Shown here piece after piece: positions 10,641 to 19,066 of a stretch of 64,000 bases of DNA; positions within the stretch are counted from its first letter, which is position 1, and each line of letters begins with the position of its first letter. The notes beneath the pieces are model-generated. The model did not search any database, had not been told where the DNA came from, and saw only the letters and a list, made by a program, of their open reading frames with translations. The DNA lies in contig OY759598.1 of NCBI GenBank assembly GCA_963662435.1, positions 3,194,507 to 3,258,506 of the forward strand. Reading direction: 5' to 3'. Origin of the DNA: Dehalococcoidia bacterium (lineage in GTDB: Bacteria > Chloroflexota > Dehalococcoidia > Lucifugimonadales > VXLM01). Position numbers and translations under genes: made by a program.

Positions 10641-10851
10641 GGGTACATTGCACGAGCATAACCGTTACGGTTATGAGTGTCAATCAGCTTGGGATGGACC
10701 CATCCCCGAATTCAGGGGTTGGCCAATGGCGCCGTCGTCGGCTCGGCTAGCCCACGAATCCGGTGGTGGCGACGGGCAATGAGTGGTAGAGTTGTTTTGC
10801 CAGCCTGACGCAGCGGGCAGTGGCAATTTTGCCACGACAGCCTATGAGGAA

Positions 10852-11630
10852 CTACAGGCCGCCGAGCCAAAATTCGAAGACGGTTCTGTCTATCGTCAAA
10901 ATAGGCCCACCATGACGTACCGATTTGCGATCTCCGCCATTCAGAGCGATTTCAGCGGAGTCCGCTCCCCCTAACGGGCTGTCATCAGGAGTAGGCATCG
11001 AATAGATGATGCCGGCCTTGCCGGGCTTGATCTGAATCTCCTTGACGAAGGAGTGGACGAAGGCTTTGGTCTCGGTCAGCTCGCTGGTCTTGAGGAACTC
11101 GCTCATCTCCTCGGCGAAGGAGGCGATGGTGTCGGCGCTGTCCAAGTATTGCCGCCGCTCCGCCAGCACTGCCCTTGCCTCGTCTGCGGCGCTTTCCAGG
11201 TTCTCCTTGCGCTCCCAAAGGTCCACGATGTGATCCGAGGCAGCGGCCACGTCGATGTTGTCGCTCTTCGATATGAAGTGCCAGACGCGGCCCAACTGCT
11301 TCTTCACCGCCTCAAGCTCCGCCTCGATGCTCTCCAGTTTCTGTCGGTGTTCCCGGGCCGCTCCGTCCAACTCCTCGTCCAAGTGCTTCACCCGTTCTCT
11401 GATGTTGGACTCGGTGAGGATGTTGGCGCGAAGCTCACCGACGATGGTGGTCTCGATCTTCTTGGCGTTAAGCCTGGGGGGTCTTGCAGGTCCCGCTGCC
11501 CCTCTTCATCAGAGACTGGCAGACATAGTAGGTGTACTTGCCGCTCATGGCCTCGGAGGCGGACATGGCCCTGCCACAGGTCTCGCACCTGAGGATGCCG
11601 CTGAGAAGGTAGGGGCTGGAAGCCCGTCCG
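10852..11630 (-). pseudogene. C-terminal remnant of a large serine recombinase (Zn ribbon plus coiled coil)
   Basis: SPYLLSGILRCETCGRAM...YYVC...C, then a coiled coil and FVHSFVKEIQI, split over three frames with no catalytic domain. Confidence 0.8.
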
Positions 11631-12089
11631 GCGATGAGAGAGCGTGCATAACCCGCCGAACTCGGATGAATGCCTTGTACTGCTCTCCCGGCTTGGCGTT
11701 CGGGTTGCCGTCCCTGAACGGCGCGAGGTTGATTCCTGGCTCCGTCCATACGATGTTGTTGTCCTTCGACCCATTGAACTCGATAAGGCCGACGTTCGGC
11801 TTCGTCCAGTTGATGCCGTCATCGCTCTCGGCGTAGCACGTTATCGAGTTGTAGTCGGTGTCCTGAAGTTGAGGGTCCGCGCGGTACCACCCCCGAAACT
11901 TTCCCTGGTCGGGAAACGCGATGAGGTACGAGAGACCGCCTACCTCCCAGGGATGTTCCGGGTCGAGCGCGATGTCCTGCCGCGTAGGGGAGTGCAGCAC
12001 ACGCTCAACGCCTGTCAAGTCGGCGATCCAAAATCATCGACGAAGGGTTGTCTATCCTCGCCGATTTCAACGGGAGCCTCAGTGCTCAT
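11630..12089 (-). pseudogene. N-terminal fragment of a beta-propeller glycoside-hydrolase-like protein
   Basis: MSTEAPVEIGEDRQPFVDDF (frameshift) ...EHPWE...FRGWYR...CYAESDDGINWTKP...SPDGL, then joined directly to the recombinase remnant. Confidence 0.65.
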
Positions 12090-12224
12090 CTCGTTGTCAT
12101 CCGCTTACCTTCTGTCGAACGGGCGCACTTTGTACGGATCGGACCAATTGCGCATCCCTGTCGCCAGCAACTTGAAGCCAAGTATAGCAAACAGAAACAC
12201 TACTAGAGCAGAGCGGTAAGCACC

Positions 12225-12253
12225 TTGACATTCCTGATGAGCGCTCGTAACAT
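12225..12253 (+). promoter_or_regulatory. sigma70-type promoter of the cys leader/operon
   Basis: TTGACA (12225-12230), a 17-nt spacer and TAACAT (12248-12253). Confidence 0.8.
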
Positions 12254-12261
12254 CTATTTCC

Positions 12262-12351
12262 GTGAGCACTGCTATGCATATGGTTTGTCTGTGTTGTCGG
12301 CCGGAGGCTGGAGAGCCTTCTGCTTTGACACCTGTGCCGGTGGCCGCCTAG
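12262..12351 (+). CDS. Putative Cys-rich leader peptide (M)STAMHMVCLCCRPEAGEPSALTPVPVAA
   Basis: GTG at 12262 lies about 8 nt after the -10 box, with in-frame ATGs at 12274 and 12280. Codons TGT CTG TGT TGT occupy 12286-12297 and the stop is TAG at 12349-12351. It sits directly upstream of a terminator and cysH. Confidence 0.7.
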   Translation: MSTAMHMVCLCCRPEAGEPSALTPVPVAA

Positions 12352-12380
12352 CGCCGACAGCTCAGAAGTGAAGACCTCTG

Positions 12381-12410
12381 GCCCCTCCGTTTGCGGAGGG
12401 CTTTTTTTTT
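12381..12410 (+). terminator. Intrinsic terminator (attenuator) in the cysH leader
   Basis: CCCTCCG-TTTG-CGGAGGG hairpin followed by a run of about 9 T, ending 27 nt before the cysH ATG. Confidence 0.88.
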
Positions 12411-12437
12411 GCCCAGAAATCCCAGGAAGGAGTATCT

Positions 12438-13187
12438 ATGCCGGTACCGGAGTCAAGAAGATTGGGTATGCGAGAGCTAGCCGATCTAAACGAACGCTTC
12501 GAGTTCGCCCCCCCAAGCGATGTGCTTATGTGGGTCAATGAGCATTTCGGTGCGGGCGCGGCCCAGATGTCCAGCTTCGGCCTTGAAGATGTCGCGCTAT
12601 TCGACATGTTCTGGAGAGTCAACCGGCAGGCGCGCCTTGTGACGCTCGACACGTGGCGCCTACCGACGGAAACGTACACGGTCATCGACCAGATCCGGCT
12701 TCGCTACAACGCACGCATAGAGGTGTACCAACCCGACCCCGGAGCTGTGGCCGAAATGGTCGATGAGCACGGGTTCAATCTATTCTACCGAGGCAGGGAG
12801 AAACGCTTGGCCTGTTGCCACGTGCGAAAGGTCGAGCCTATGGAGCGCGCCTTGGCTGGCATCGACGCATGGATTACCGGCCTGCGCAGGGACCAAGGTA
12901 TGGAGCGCGGCAACATTGGCATCGTCGAGTGGGAAGAGCCCCGCGCCAACTACAAGATCAACCCGCTCGCTAACTGGACCTTCGAGGAGGTGCGAAACTA
13001 CGTGGAAGAGCACGCTGTCCCATACAACGAGCTGCACGACAAGAACTATACATCGATTGGGTGCGCGCCGTGTACACGGGCCATCGAACCGGGAGAGGAC
13101 CCTCGCGCTGGACGCTGGTGGTGGGAGTCTGACCCAAGCGCCAAGGAATGCGGGCTGCATCTGGTTGCGGTCGAGGCACGCTCATGA
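12438..13187 (+). CDS. cysH: APS reductase (Fe-S type, PAPS-reductase family)
   Basis: SSFGLED, CCHVRKVEP, WITGLRRDQ, SIGCAPCT, RAGRW and C-terminal KECGLH. The CC plus CxxC pattern indicates a 4Fe-4S APS-type enzyme. Confidence 0.93.
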   Translation: MPVPESRRLGMRELADLNERFEFAPPSDVLMWVNEHFGAGAAQMSSFGLEDVALFDMFWRVNRQARLVTLDTWRLPTETYTVIDQIRLRYNARIEVYQPDPGAVAEMVDEHGFNLFYRGREKRLACCHVRKVEPMERALAGIDAWITGLRRDQGMERGNIGIVEWEEPRANYKINPLANWTFEEVRNYVEEHAVPYNELHDKNYTSIGCAPCTRAIEPGEDPRAGRWWWESDPSAKECGLHLVAVEARS

Positions 13188-14140
13188 TCGCAACTGGCGG
13201 TTTTGCCATAACAACCCAAGTTCTTGACCATGATCAGCGCCCCGAGTCCAAGAATCTCCGCGCACTTGAGTCGGACGCAATCCACATCATTCGCGAAGTG
13301 GTCGCTGAGTTCGACCGGCCAGGTCTGCTCTTCTCCGGTGGCAAGGACTCCGCCGTGCTTCTGCATCTCGCTGCTAAAGCACTCCGACCTTCGCATCTGC
13401 CGTTCCCTGTACTCCACATCGACACTGGACACAACTTTCCCGAGGTCATCGCTTTCCGCGACCGCGTCGTCAGGCGGCTTGGCGTGGATCTAGTGGTGGG
13501 CTCGGTTGACGACGCAATAGCCTCCGGGCGTATTCCGACTCCACCGCGCGCTGATTTCCCTCGCAACCGCATGCAGACACCAGTGCTGCTGGAAACTGTT
13601 CGAAATGGGAAGTTCACCGCGGTTTTGGGCGGTGCCCGGCGCGATGAGGAGCGATCACGCGCCAAGGAGCGTGTGTACTCCGTACGAGATGAATTTGGCC
13701 AGTGGGATCCACGCAATCAGCGCCCCGAAGTCTGGGATCTCTACAACGGCAGCCTTGGCTTGGGCCAGCACATGCGGGTCTTTCCGCTCTCCGACTGGAC
13801 GGAGCTGGACATCTGGCGCTACATAGCCGAAGAAAACATCGACCTGCCGGAGATTTACTATGGTCACCAGCGTGAGGTATTTGAGCACGACGGGATGCTC
13901 ATGCCGCTATCGCCGGTGATGCAACCTCAGCGTGGCGAGCCGGTGGCCGTCCGCAACGTGCGTTTCCGCACCGTCGGTGACATGACCTCCACGGCAGCCG
14001 TACCGTCGGAAGCTGCTACACCCGAAGCAGTCATTGCCGAAACGCTGATAACCCGCATCTCCGAGCGCGGCGCGACCAGGGCTGATGACCGGACCGCCGA
14101 GGCGGCGATGGAAGATCGCAAGCGCGAGGGGTATTTCTAG
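13184..14140 (+). CDS. cysD: Sulfate adenylyltransferase subunit 2
   Basis: FSGGKDS, IDTGHNF, GGARRDEERSRAKER, WDPRNQRPE, C-terminal MEDRKREGYF; ATGA overlap with cysH. Confidence 0.95.
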   Translation: MIATGGFAITTQVLDHDQRPESKNLRALESDAIHIIREVVAEFDRPGLLFSGGKDSAVLLHLAAKALRPSHLPFPVLHIDTGHNFPEVIAFRDRVVRRLGVDLVVGSVDDAIASGRIPTPPRADFPRNRMQTPVLLETVRNGKFTAVLGGARRDEERSRAKERVYSVRDEFGQWDPRNQRPEVWDLYNGSLGLGQHMRVFPLSDWTELDIWRYIAEENIDLPEIYYGHQREVFEHDGMLMPLSPVMQPQRGEPVAVRNVRFRTVGDMTSTAAVPSEAATPEAVIAETLITRISERGATRADDRTAEAAMEDRKREGYF

Positions 14141-14141
14141 C

Positions 14142-15485
14142 ATGGACCTCCTCCGCATCGCCACCGCCGGATCCGTGGACGACGGCAAGAGCACGCTCAT
14201 CGGTCGTCTGCTGTATGACTCGAAGGCCCTGGACGATGACGTGCTCGCCGCCATCGAGGAAGCCAGCTGGCGCCACCACAACGACTATGTGAACCTCGCT
14301 CTTGTCACCGATGGCTTACGCGACGAACGCGAGCAGGGCATCACCATCGACGTTGCCTACCGCTACTTCTCCACTCCAACGCGCAAATACATCCTGGCAG
14401 ACACGCCGGGGCATGTGCAGTACACGCGCAACATGGTCACTGGAGCGTCCACCGCCGAGGCGGTGCTCATCATGATTGATGCGCGCAACGGTGTCGTGGA
14501 GCAGTCTCGCCGCCACGCCGTCACCGCCTCGTTGTTGGGCATCGACCGCATCGTCGTTTGCGTCAACAAGATGGATCTCGTCGGTTATGAGCAGCGCGCA
14601 TACGAGGCAATCCGTTCCGAGTTCACTCCATTTGTGGCGCGGCTCGGTGTGGACGACGCGACATTCATTCCCATGTCGGCGCTTAACGGCGACAACGTGG
14701 TCGAGCCGTCGGCGAACATGCCTTGGTACCAGGGTGGCACGCTGCGGGATCACCTTGAAAGCCTGCCGGTACACGAAGGACTTGATGCGTTGCCGTTGAG
14801 AATGCCCGTTCAATACGTCGTCCGCCCACACCGCAGGGAGTACCACGACTACCGTGGCTATGCGGGGAGCATAGCGTCGGGTGTCTTGCGCGTAGGTCAG
14901 CGAGTGCGCTTCGTGCCCTCTGGCATGGAGAGCGTCATTACGTCCATCGAAGCGCCTTGGGGCGCTGTGGAGGAGGCGTACCCTCCCGACGCCGTCACCG
15001 TCCAGATTGCCGACGACCTCGACGTTACTCGCGGGGAGATGATCTGTGGGACGGACGCCGGGCCGGTGATGACCCAGGAGTTCGACGCCGTCATTTGCTG
15101 GATGGACGATCGCACCGCGCTTCGCCCCGGTAATGTGTACCGCATCAAGCACACTACCCGATCTGCGAAGGCAATGGTCACCGACCTTCTGTCGTTGTTC
15201 AACATCATGTCGCTTACCAGCGAGTCGGACGCGGATTCGCTGCGACTGAACGAGATCGGCCGCGTCCACGTCAAGGTCAGCACGCCGTTGGGGGTCGACG
15301 ACTACACCAGCAACCGGGTCACTGGGAGTTTCATCCTCATCGACGAAGGAACTAATGCCACCGTCGCTGCGGGAATGATTGGCGAGCCTCGATTCGCGTT
15401 CTCCGCTCCCACGATACAGCACAAGACTAACGCAAATGGACACAACGGCCATACTGGGGCCTCAGCCGCATCAGCGGGGGAGTAA
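14142..15485 (+). CDS. cysN: Sulfate adenylyltransferase subunit 1 (GTPase, no fused CysC)
   Basis: GSVDDGKSTLIGRLL, EREQGITIDVAY, DTPGH, NKMD, GSFILID. Confidence 0.95.
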   Translation: MDLLRIATAGSVDDGKSTLIGRLLYDSKALDDDVLAAIEEASWRHHNDYVNLALVTDGLRDEREQGITIDVAYRYFSTPTRKYILADTPGHVQYTRNMVTGASTAEAVLIMIDARNGVVEQSRRHAVTASLLGIDRIVVCVNKMDLVGYEQRAYEAIRSEFTPFVARLGVDDATFIPMSALNGDNVVEPSANMPWYQGGTLRDHLESLPVHEGLDALPLRMPVQYVVRPHRREYHDYRGYAGSIASGVLRVGQRVRFVPSGMESVITSIEAPWGAVEEAYPPDAVTVQIADDLDVTRGEMICGTDAGPVMTQEFDAVICWMDDRTALRPGNVYRIKHTTRSAKAMVTDLLSLFNIMSLTSESDADSLRLNEIGRVHVKVSTPLGVDDYTSNRVTGSFILIDEGTNATVAAGMIGEPRFAFSAPTIQHKTNANGHNGHTGASAASAGE

Positions 15486-15736
15486 ACTTGCATATTCATG
15501 CTTGGTGAGCAACATCAAGGATGATGTGCTCGGAATGACGGCACCTTGTCGTGCTGAGTGAATGGCATCCTGTATGCGTTCTAACTGAGGTGCAACTGCC
15601 GATAACGCAACACGCCCACCACGCTATATTCGAACCTTCCACCGAAAAGTTCCCAAATCGGTACGCCTTGGCCCACCACACTGGACAAAATCAAGAACTA
15701 GCCCACTGCGCTTCAGGCTTGAGGAGTAGCGGGACT

Positions 15737-16021
15737 GAGATGTCGGGCAATGCATACCACGTTGGAGGAAGGCGTGTGGTTGCCTAGGTGATTCGCGTGA
15801 TTGCGACGCGCGATTACGTGCCTACCGCCCGCCCTACTCGCCCAGTAAGCCGTTTCGCACAGCCCAGACCACCAGCTCCTGCTTCGTCTCGATCTTGAGC
15901 TTGTTCTGGATGCCGTAGATGGCGTTTCGCACCGTCACCGGCTGATTGCCCCTGACATCGGCGATCTTAGCGTACGACAGCCCTTGCGCAAACAGCGTGA
16001 GAATCTCGCGCTCCCGCCGGG
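15737..16021. repeat. Direct-repeat copy of the LuxR regulator 3' end and downstream sequence (partner 18308-18593)
   Basis: 15834-16021 matches 18406-18593 with 2 visible mismatches. The non-coding flank is more diverged. Confidence 0.95.
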
Positions 16022-16196
16022 ATAGTGCAGGAATAGACCCATATTTAGGTGCTATTGGAGAATGAGGTGATGCCAACAAAGGAACAGGTAGTGCCGTTTC
16101 ACTGTATGGACACATCATGGAGGGCGTCTTCGTGAACTTCTCAGGATCGCACATCATTGTGCTACACGCGGACACCAGGTCCAGTGGCTGTCCGGC

Positions 16197-17042
16197 ATGA
16201 ATTCTATACGAGACCGTCTCTTTTCGTTTCCGTGGAAAGAGACACGCGCAGCACTCATCAATCACTTTACAGAAGCTCAGAACTTGCTGCAAACAAACCT
16301 GCGTGAAGTTGATCTGGATAGACCCGTGCCGGATTTTCCTGAGGAAGCAAGCGACCACGAAATACTTGCCGAGACCTTCCGCCTTTGGAGCATCGTATCC
16401 AGAAAGACAGGATTTCACATTGACTCGGTTCTTCTCGCAAACGCCCAAAACAACATCCATTCTCTTGGCGTGCACGCCAAGGTGTTGATGGAGTGTGCCG
16501 CAGAAATGATGTCCATGGGCAACAACGCCGTTGAGCAGACTCCGGAGGCGCTGGATTACATTCTCAACAACCAAGAATACGACGCCAACTACTGGTTGCT
16601 GCGGCTTTCTAAGGGGAGCATAAGTAGGGAAGAACTCGTTGCCAGGGTCACAGAGGCAAGAGAAGGAATCGGACTCTTTGATGGCAAGCAACCGACAAGA
16701 GTTAGTTTGAGCGACCGCGCGTCCGTGTTAGCCGAAGGAAAGATATGGTACCCCTACCTGAATGATAGCTTCTGTCACACCAAACCAGAAAGATTGAGGG
16801 GAGTCCCGGGATTGGGCGGGGTCCTTCCCACACCAGAATTACAGCTTGACCTCGCATTTGTTTTTGTGCTGAATATAGCCCTGCACTACACGTGCCAAGC
16901 ACTGATGTCATACGGGGCCATCAAGATCACTGCTGGGGGTGGCAGAAAAACCTTTGGTGACGCGTTTGCGTTGTTTGATAGGGTGAGAGAGACGGCTGCG
17001 CCTTTCAGGGAGTTACAGAATGAATTCACTAGCGGGGGATGA
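16197..17042 (+). CDS. Hypothetical helical protein (possibly DUF5677/HEPN-like)
   Basis: Intact 281-aa ORF of lower GC than its flanks. HAKVLMEC and YPYLNDSFCH loosely recall R-x-L-x-E and Y-x-x-L-S-x-x-x-H patterns. Confidence 0.6.
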   Translation: MNSIRDRLFSFPWKETRAALINHFTEAQNLLQTNLREVDLDRPVPDFPEEASDHEILAETFRLWSIVSRKTGFHIDSVLLANAQNNIHSLGVHAKVLMECAAEMMSMGNNAVEQTPEALDYILNNQEYDANYWLLRLSKGSISREELVARVTEAREGIGLFDGKQPTRVSLSDRASVLAEGKIWYPYLNDSFCHTKPERLRGVPGLGGVLPTPELQLDLAFVFVLNIALHYTCQALMSYGAIKITAGGGRKTFGDAFALFDRVRETAAPFRELQNEFTSGG

Positions 17043-17051
17043 CTATTACCG

Positions 17052-17678
17052 ATGGAAACTCACCCAATAAATGACAACTCGAATCGCTCCGAGGGCGAAG
17101 TCGCTGGACAACTTACCGTGGCCTGCGAAAGGCAGCTTGAAACATTTCGCGAACTACTAAGAATTCACAATGACATGCTTGGTCCCCTTAATGACATACT
17201 TGGGGACGAGTCCGACTCCTCGCTCCGTCTTCGAAAAGTCTATTGTCACGTGGGAGCCATTACTTGGTGGGTTGTGGACGAATGGTCAATTCACGCATTG
17301 GCCCCAGATATGAGGGCGGCGTTCGAACAATTGCGGCCCCTTGTGCGCGCTGGCGTCTGTGCTATGGCACACGAACCAGGGGAAGAATGCGGCATGCCCA
17401 GATGTTTTGATCATTGGGACGGGGAGTTAGCCCCGTTCACTCACCCGACGATGATCTTCCTCACCGTGGTCCCTGAGGCCAAAGGTGACAAGGTGAAAAG
17501 CTTGATTCTCTTGTGTGGGCTGCTACACGCATTGCTAAGAAGCTACGCTATGGCCTTGGATGTGGAGACGTCCCCTGAAGAAGGGGCATATCCCATACAC
17601 GACATGGTCGAGAAAGTGACACCATGGGCGGAGATTGAGGTTGCTGGGAGATACTTCAGGTCGGAAGAGAAGTGTTGA
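17052..17678 (+). CDS. Hypothetical protein
   Basis: Intact 208-aa ORF 9 nt after the previous stop; no recognisable family. Confidence 0.6.
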   Translation: METHPINDNSNRSEGEVAGQLTVACERQLETFRELLRIHNDMLGPLNDILGDESDSSLRLRKVYCHVGAITWWVVDEWSIHALAPDMRAAFEQLRPLVRAGVCAMAHEPGEECGMPRCFDHWDGELAPFTHPTMIFLTVVPEAKGDKVKSLILLCGLLHALLRSYAMALDVETSPEEGAYPIHDMVEKVTPWAEIEVAGRYFRSEEKC

Positions 17679-17752
17679 CGGTTCACTAAACTGAAGACCC
17701 TTAACGCTGAGGTTCCGGTTGGTGGTGTAGGTGTGAAGGTGTTCCCAGCACC

Positions 17753-18319
17753 CTAAGTCGTTGCCCAGCCCTCGAACACGACCTCAGCCTGCTCAAGAAC
17801 GGTGACGGTTGCCTTCTCCTGCTTGTCGGGCGGGTAGCCGTGTTTGCGCAGGATGCGCCTTACCATCGCCCGAAGCTTGGCGCGGACGTTCTCCCGCAGC
17901 GTCCAGTCGATAGTGACATTGTTTCGCACGGTATCGACCAATTCACGGGCTATGGCACGGAGGGTTTCGTCGCCCAGCACCTGCACCGCACTATCGTTGG
18001 TTTCTAGCGCGTCGTAGAAGGCTAACTCGTCATAGCTCAGGCCCAGTTTTGCTCACCGCGGGCGTTGGCCTCCCGCATCTCCTTCGCAAGCTGGATCAAC
18101 TCCCCGATGACCTGGGCTGCCTCTATCGCTCGGTTCTGGTAGCGTCGTAAGGTCTGCTCAAGCATCTCGGCGAATGACCTTGCCTGCACGACGTTCTTGC
18201 GACGGCGGACGGACAACTCCCCTTTTAACAGCTTCTGGAGTAACTCGACGGCGAGGTTGCGCTGAGGCATTTCTTGCACCTCGGCCAGGAACTCGTCTGA
18301 GAGCACCGAGATGTCGGGC
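17753..18319 (-). pseudogene. hsdR: C-terminal fragment of type I restriction subunit R (DUF3387 region), frameshifted
   Basis: [11 protein letters not shown]...[11 protein letters not shown]...[12 protein letters not shown], a frameshift near 18040, then [36 protein letters not shown]. Confidence 0.88.
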
Positions 18320-18405
18320 CATGCATATTACCTTGCAGGAAGGACTTTAATTGCCTAGGTGATTCGCGTGATTGTGCTGCGGCGGTTACGTGCCTACCGC
18401 CCGCC

Positions 18406-19065
18406 CTACTCGCCCAGTAAGCCGTTTCGCACAGCCCAGACCACCAGCTCCTGCTTCGTCTCGATCTTGAGCTTGTTCTGGATGCCGTAGATTGCGTTTC
18501 GCACCGTCACCGGCTGATTGCCCCTGACATCGGCGATCTTAGCGTACGACAGCCCCTGCGCAAACAGCGTGAGAATCTCGCGCTCCCGCCGGGTTAACCC
18601 GCCGAGCCCAGGTGTCTTTTCCCGTTGAGCCGATGCGCGTATATCGGCAAACACCCGCCTCAACACGCTGTCAGGTATACGGTACTCGCCATCCGCAACG
18701 CCACGGAGGGTACGCAGCAACTCCTCCTTGCCCGAGTACTTCTGAAGGTATCCCGTCGCCCCCGCGGCTACCGCGTCCAATGCGGCGTCCTCTTCCGTTG
18801 CGGCAGTGAGGATCAACACCCTCGTGTCCGGGAGCATCTCGGCGATCTCCCGGCAGGCGTCGATGCCGCTCTTGAGAGGCATCATCACATCCATGACGAT
18901 AACATCAGGCTTGAGCTCCTGGGCCATCCTCACCGCCGCCTTGCCGTCTGAGGCCTCCCCCACCACCTTGAAGTCCCCTGACCGGTGCAGCACCTCGCGC
19001 AGACCGTCACGCATGATCTCGTGGTCGTCCACGATCATCACCCTGGTGAGTGTGACCGTCCCCAT
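18406..19065 (-). CDS. NarL/LuxR-family response regulator
   Basis: IVDDHEIMRDGL, DVIVMDVMMP, GATGYLQK and a C-terminal LTRREREIL HTH. Confidence 0.93.
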   Translation of the reverse strand: MGTVTLTRVMIVDDHEIMRDGLREVLHRSGDFKVVGEASDGKAAVRMAQELKPDVIVMDVMMPLKSGIDACREIAEMLPDTRVLILTAATEEDAALDAVAAGATGYLQKYSGKEELLRTLRGVADGEYRIPDSVLRRVFADIRASAQREKTPGLGGLTRREREILTLFAQGLSYAKIADVRGNQPVTVRNAIYGIQNKLKIETKQELVVWAVRNGLLGE

Positions 19066-19066
19066 G

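Noticed and set aside
12260..12410. SAM-I riboswitch or T-box as the explanation of the cys leader
   Set aside because: I see no ATC.AGAG/GCAACC/GTGC SAM-I core and no GGTGG.ACCGCG T-box sequence, and the leader is short for a T-box. Not formally excluded without an Rfam scan.
15834..16691. 285-aa ORF ending in a LuxR HTH
   Set aside because: Chimeric artefact: the duplicated LuxR tail is read in frame with antisense sequence of 16197..17042.
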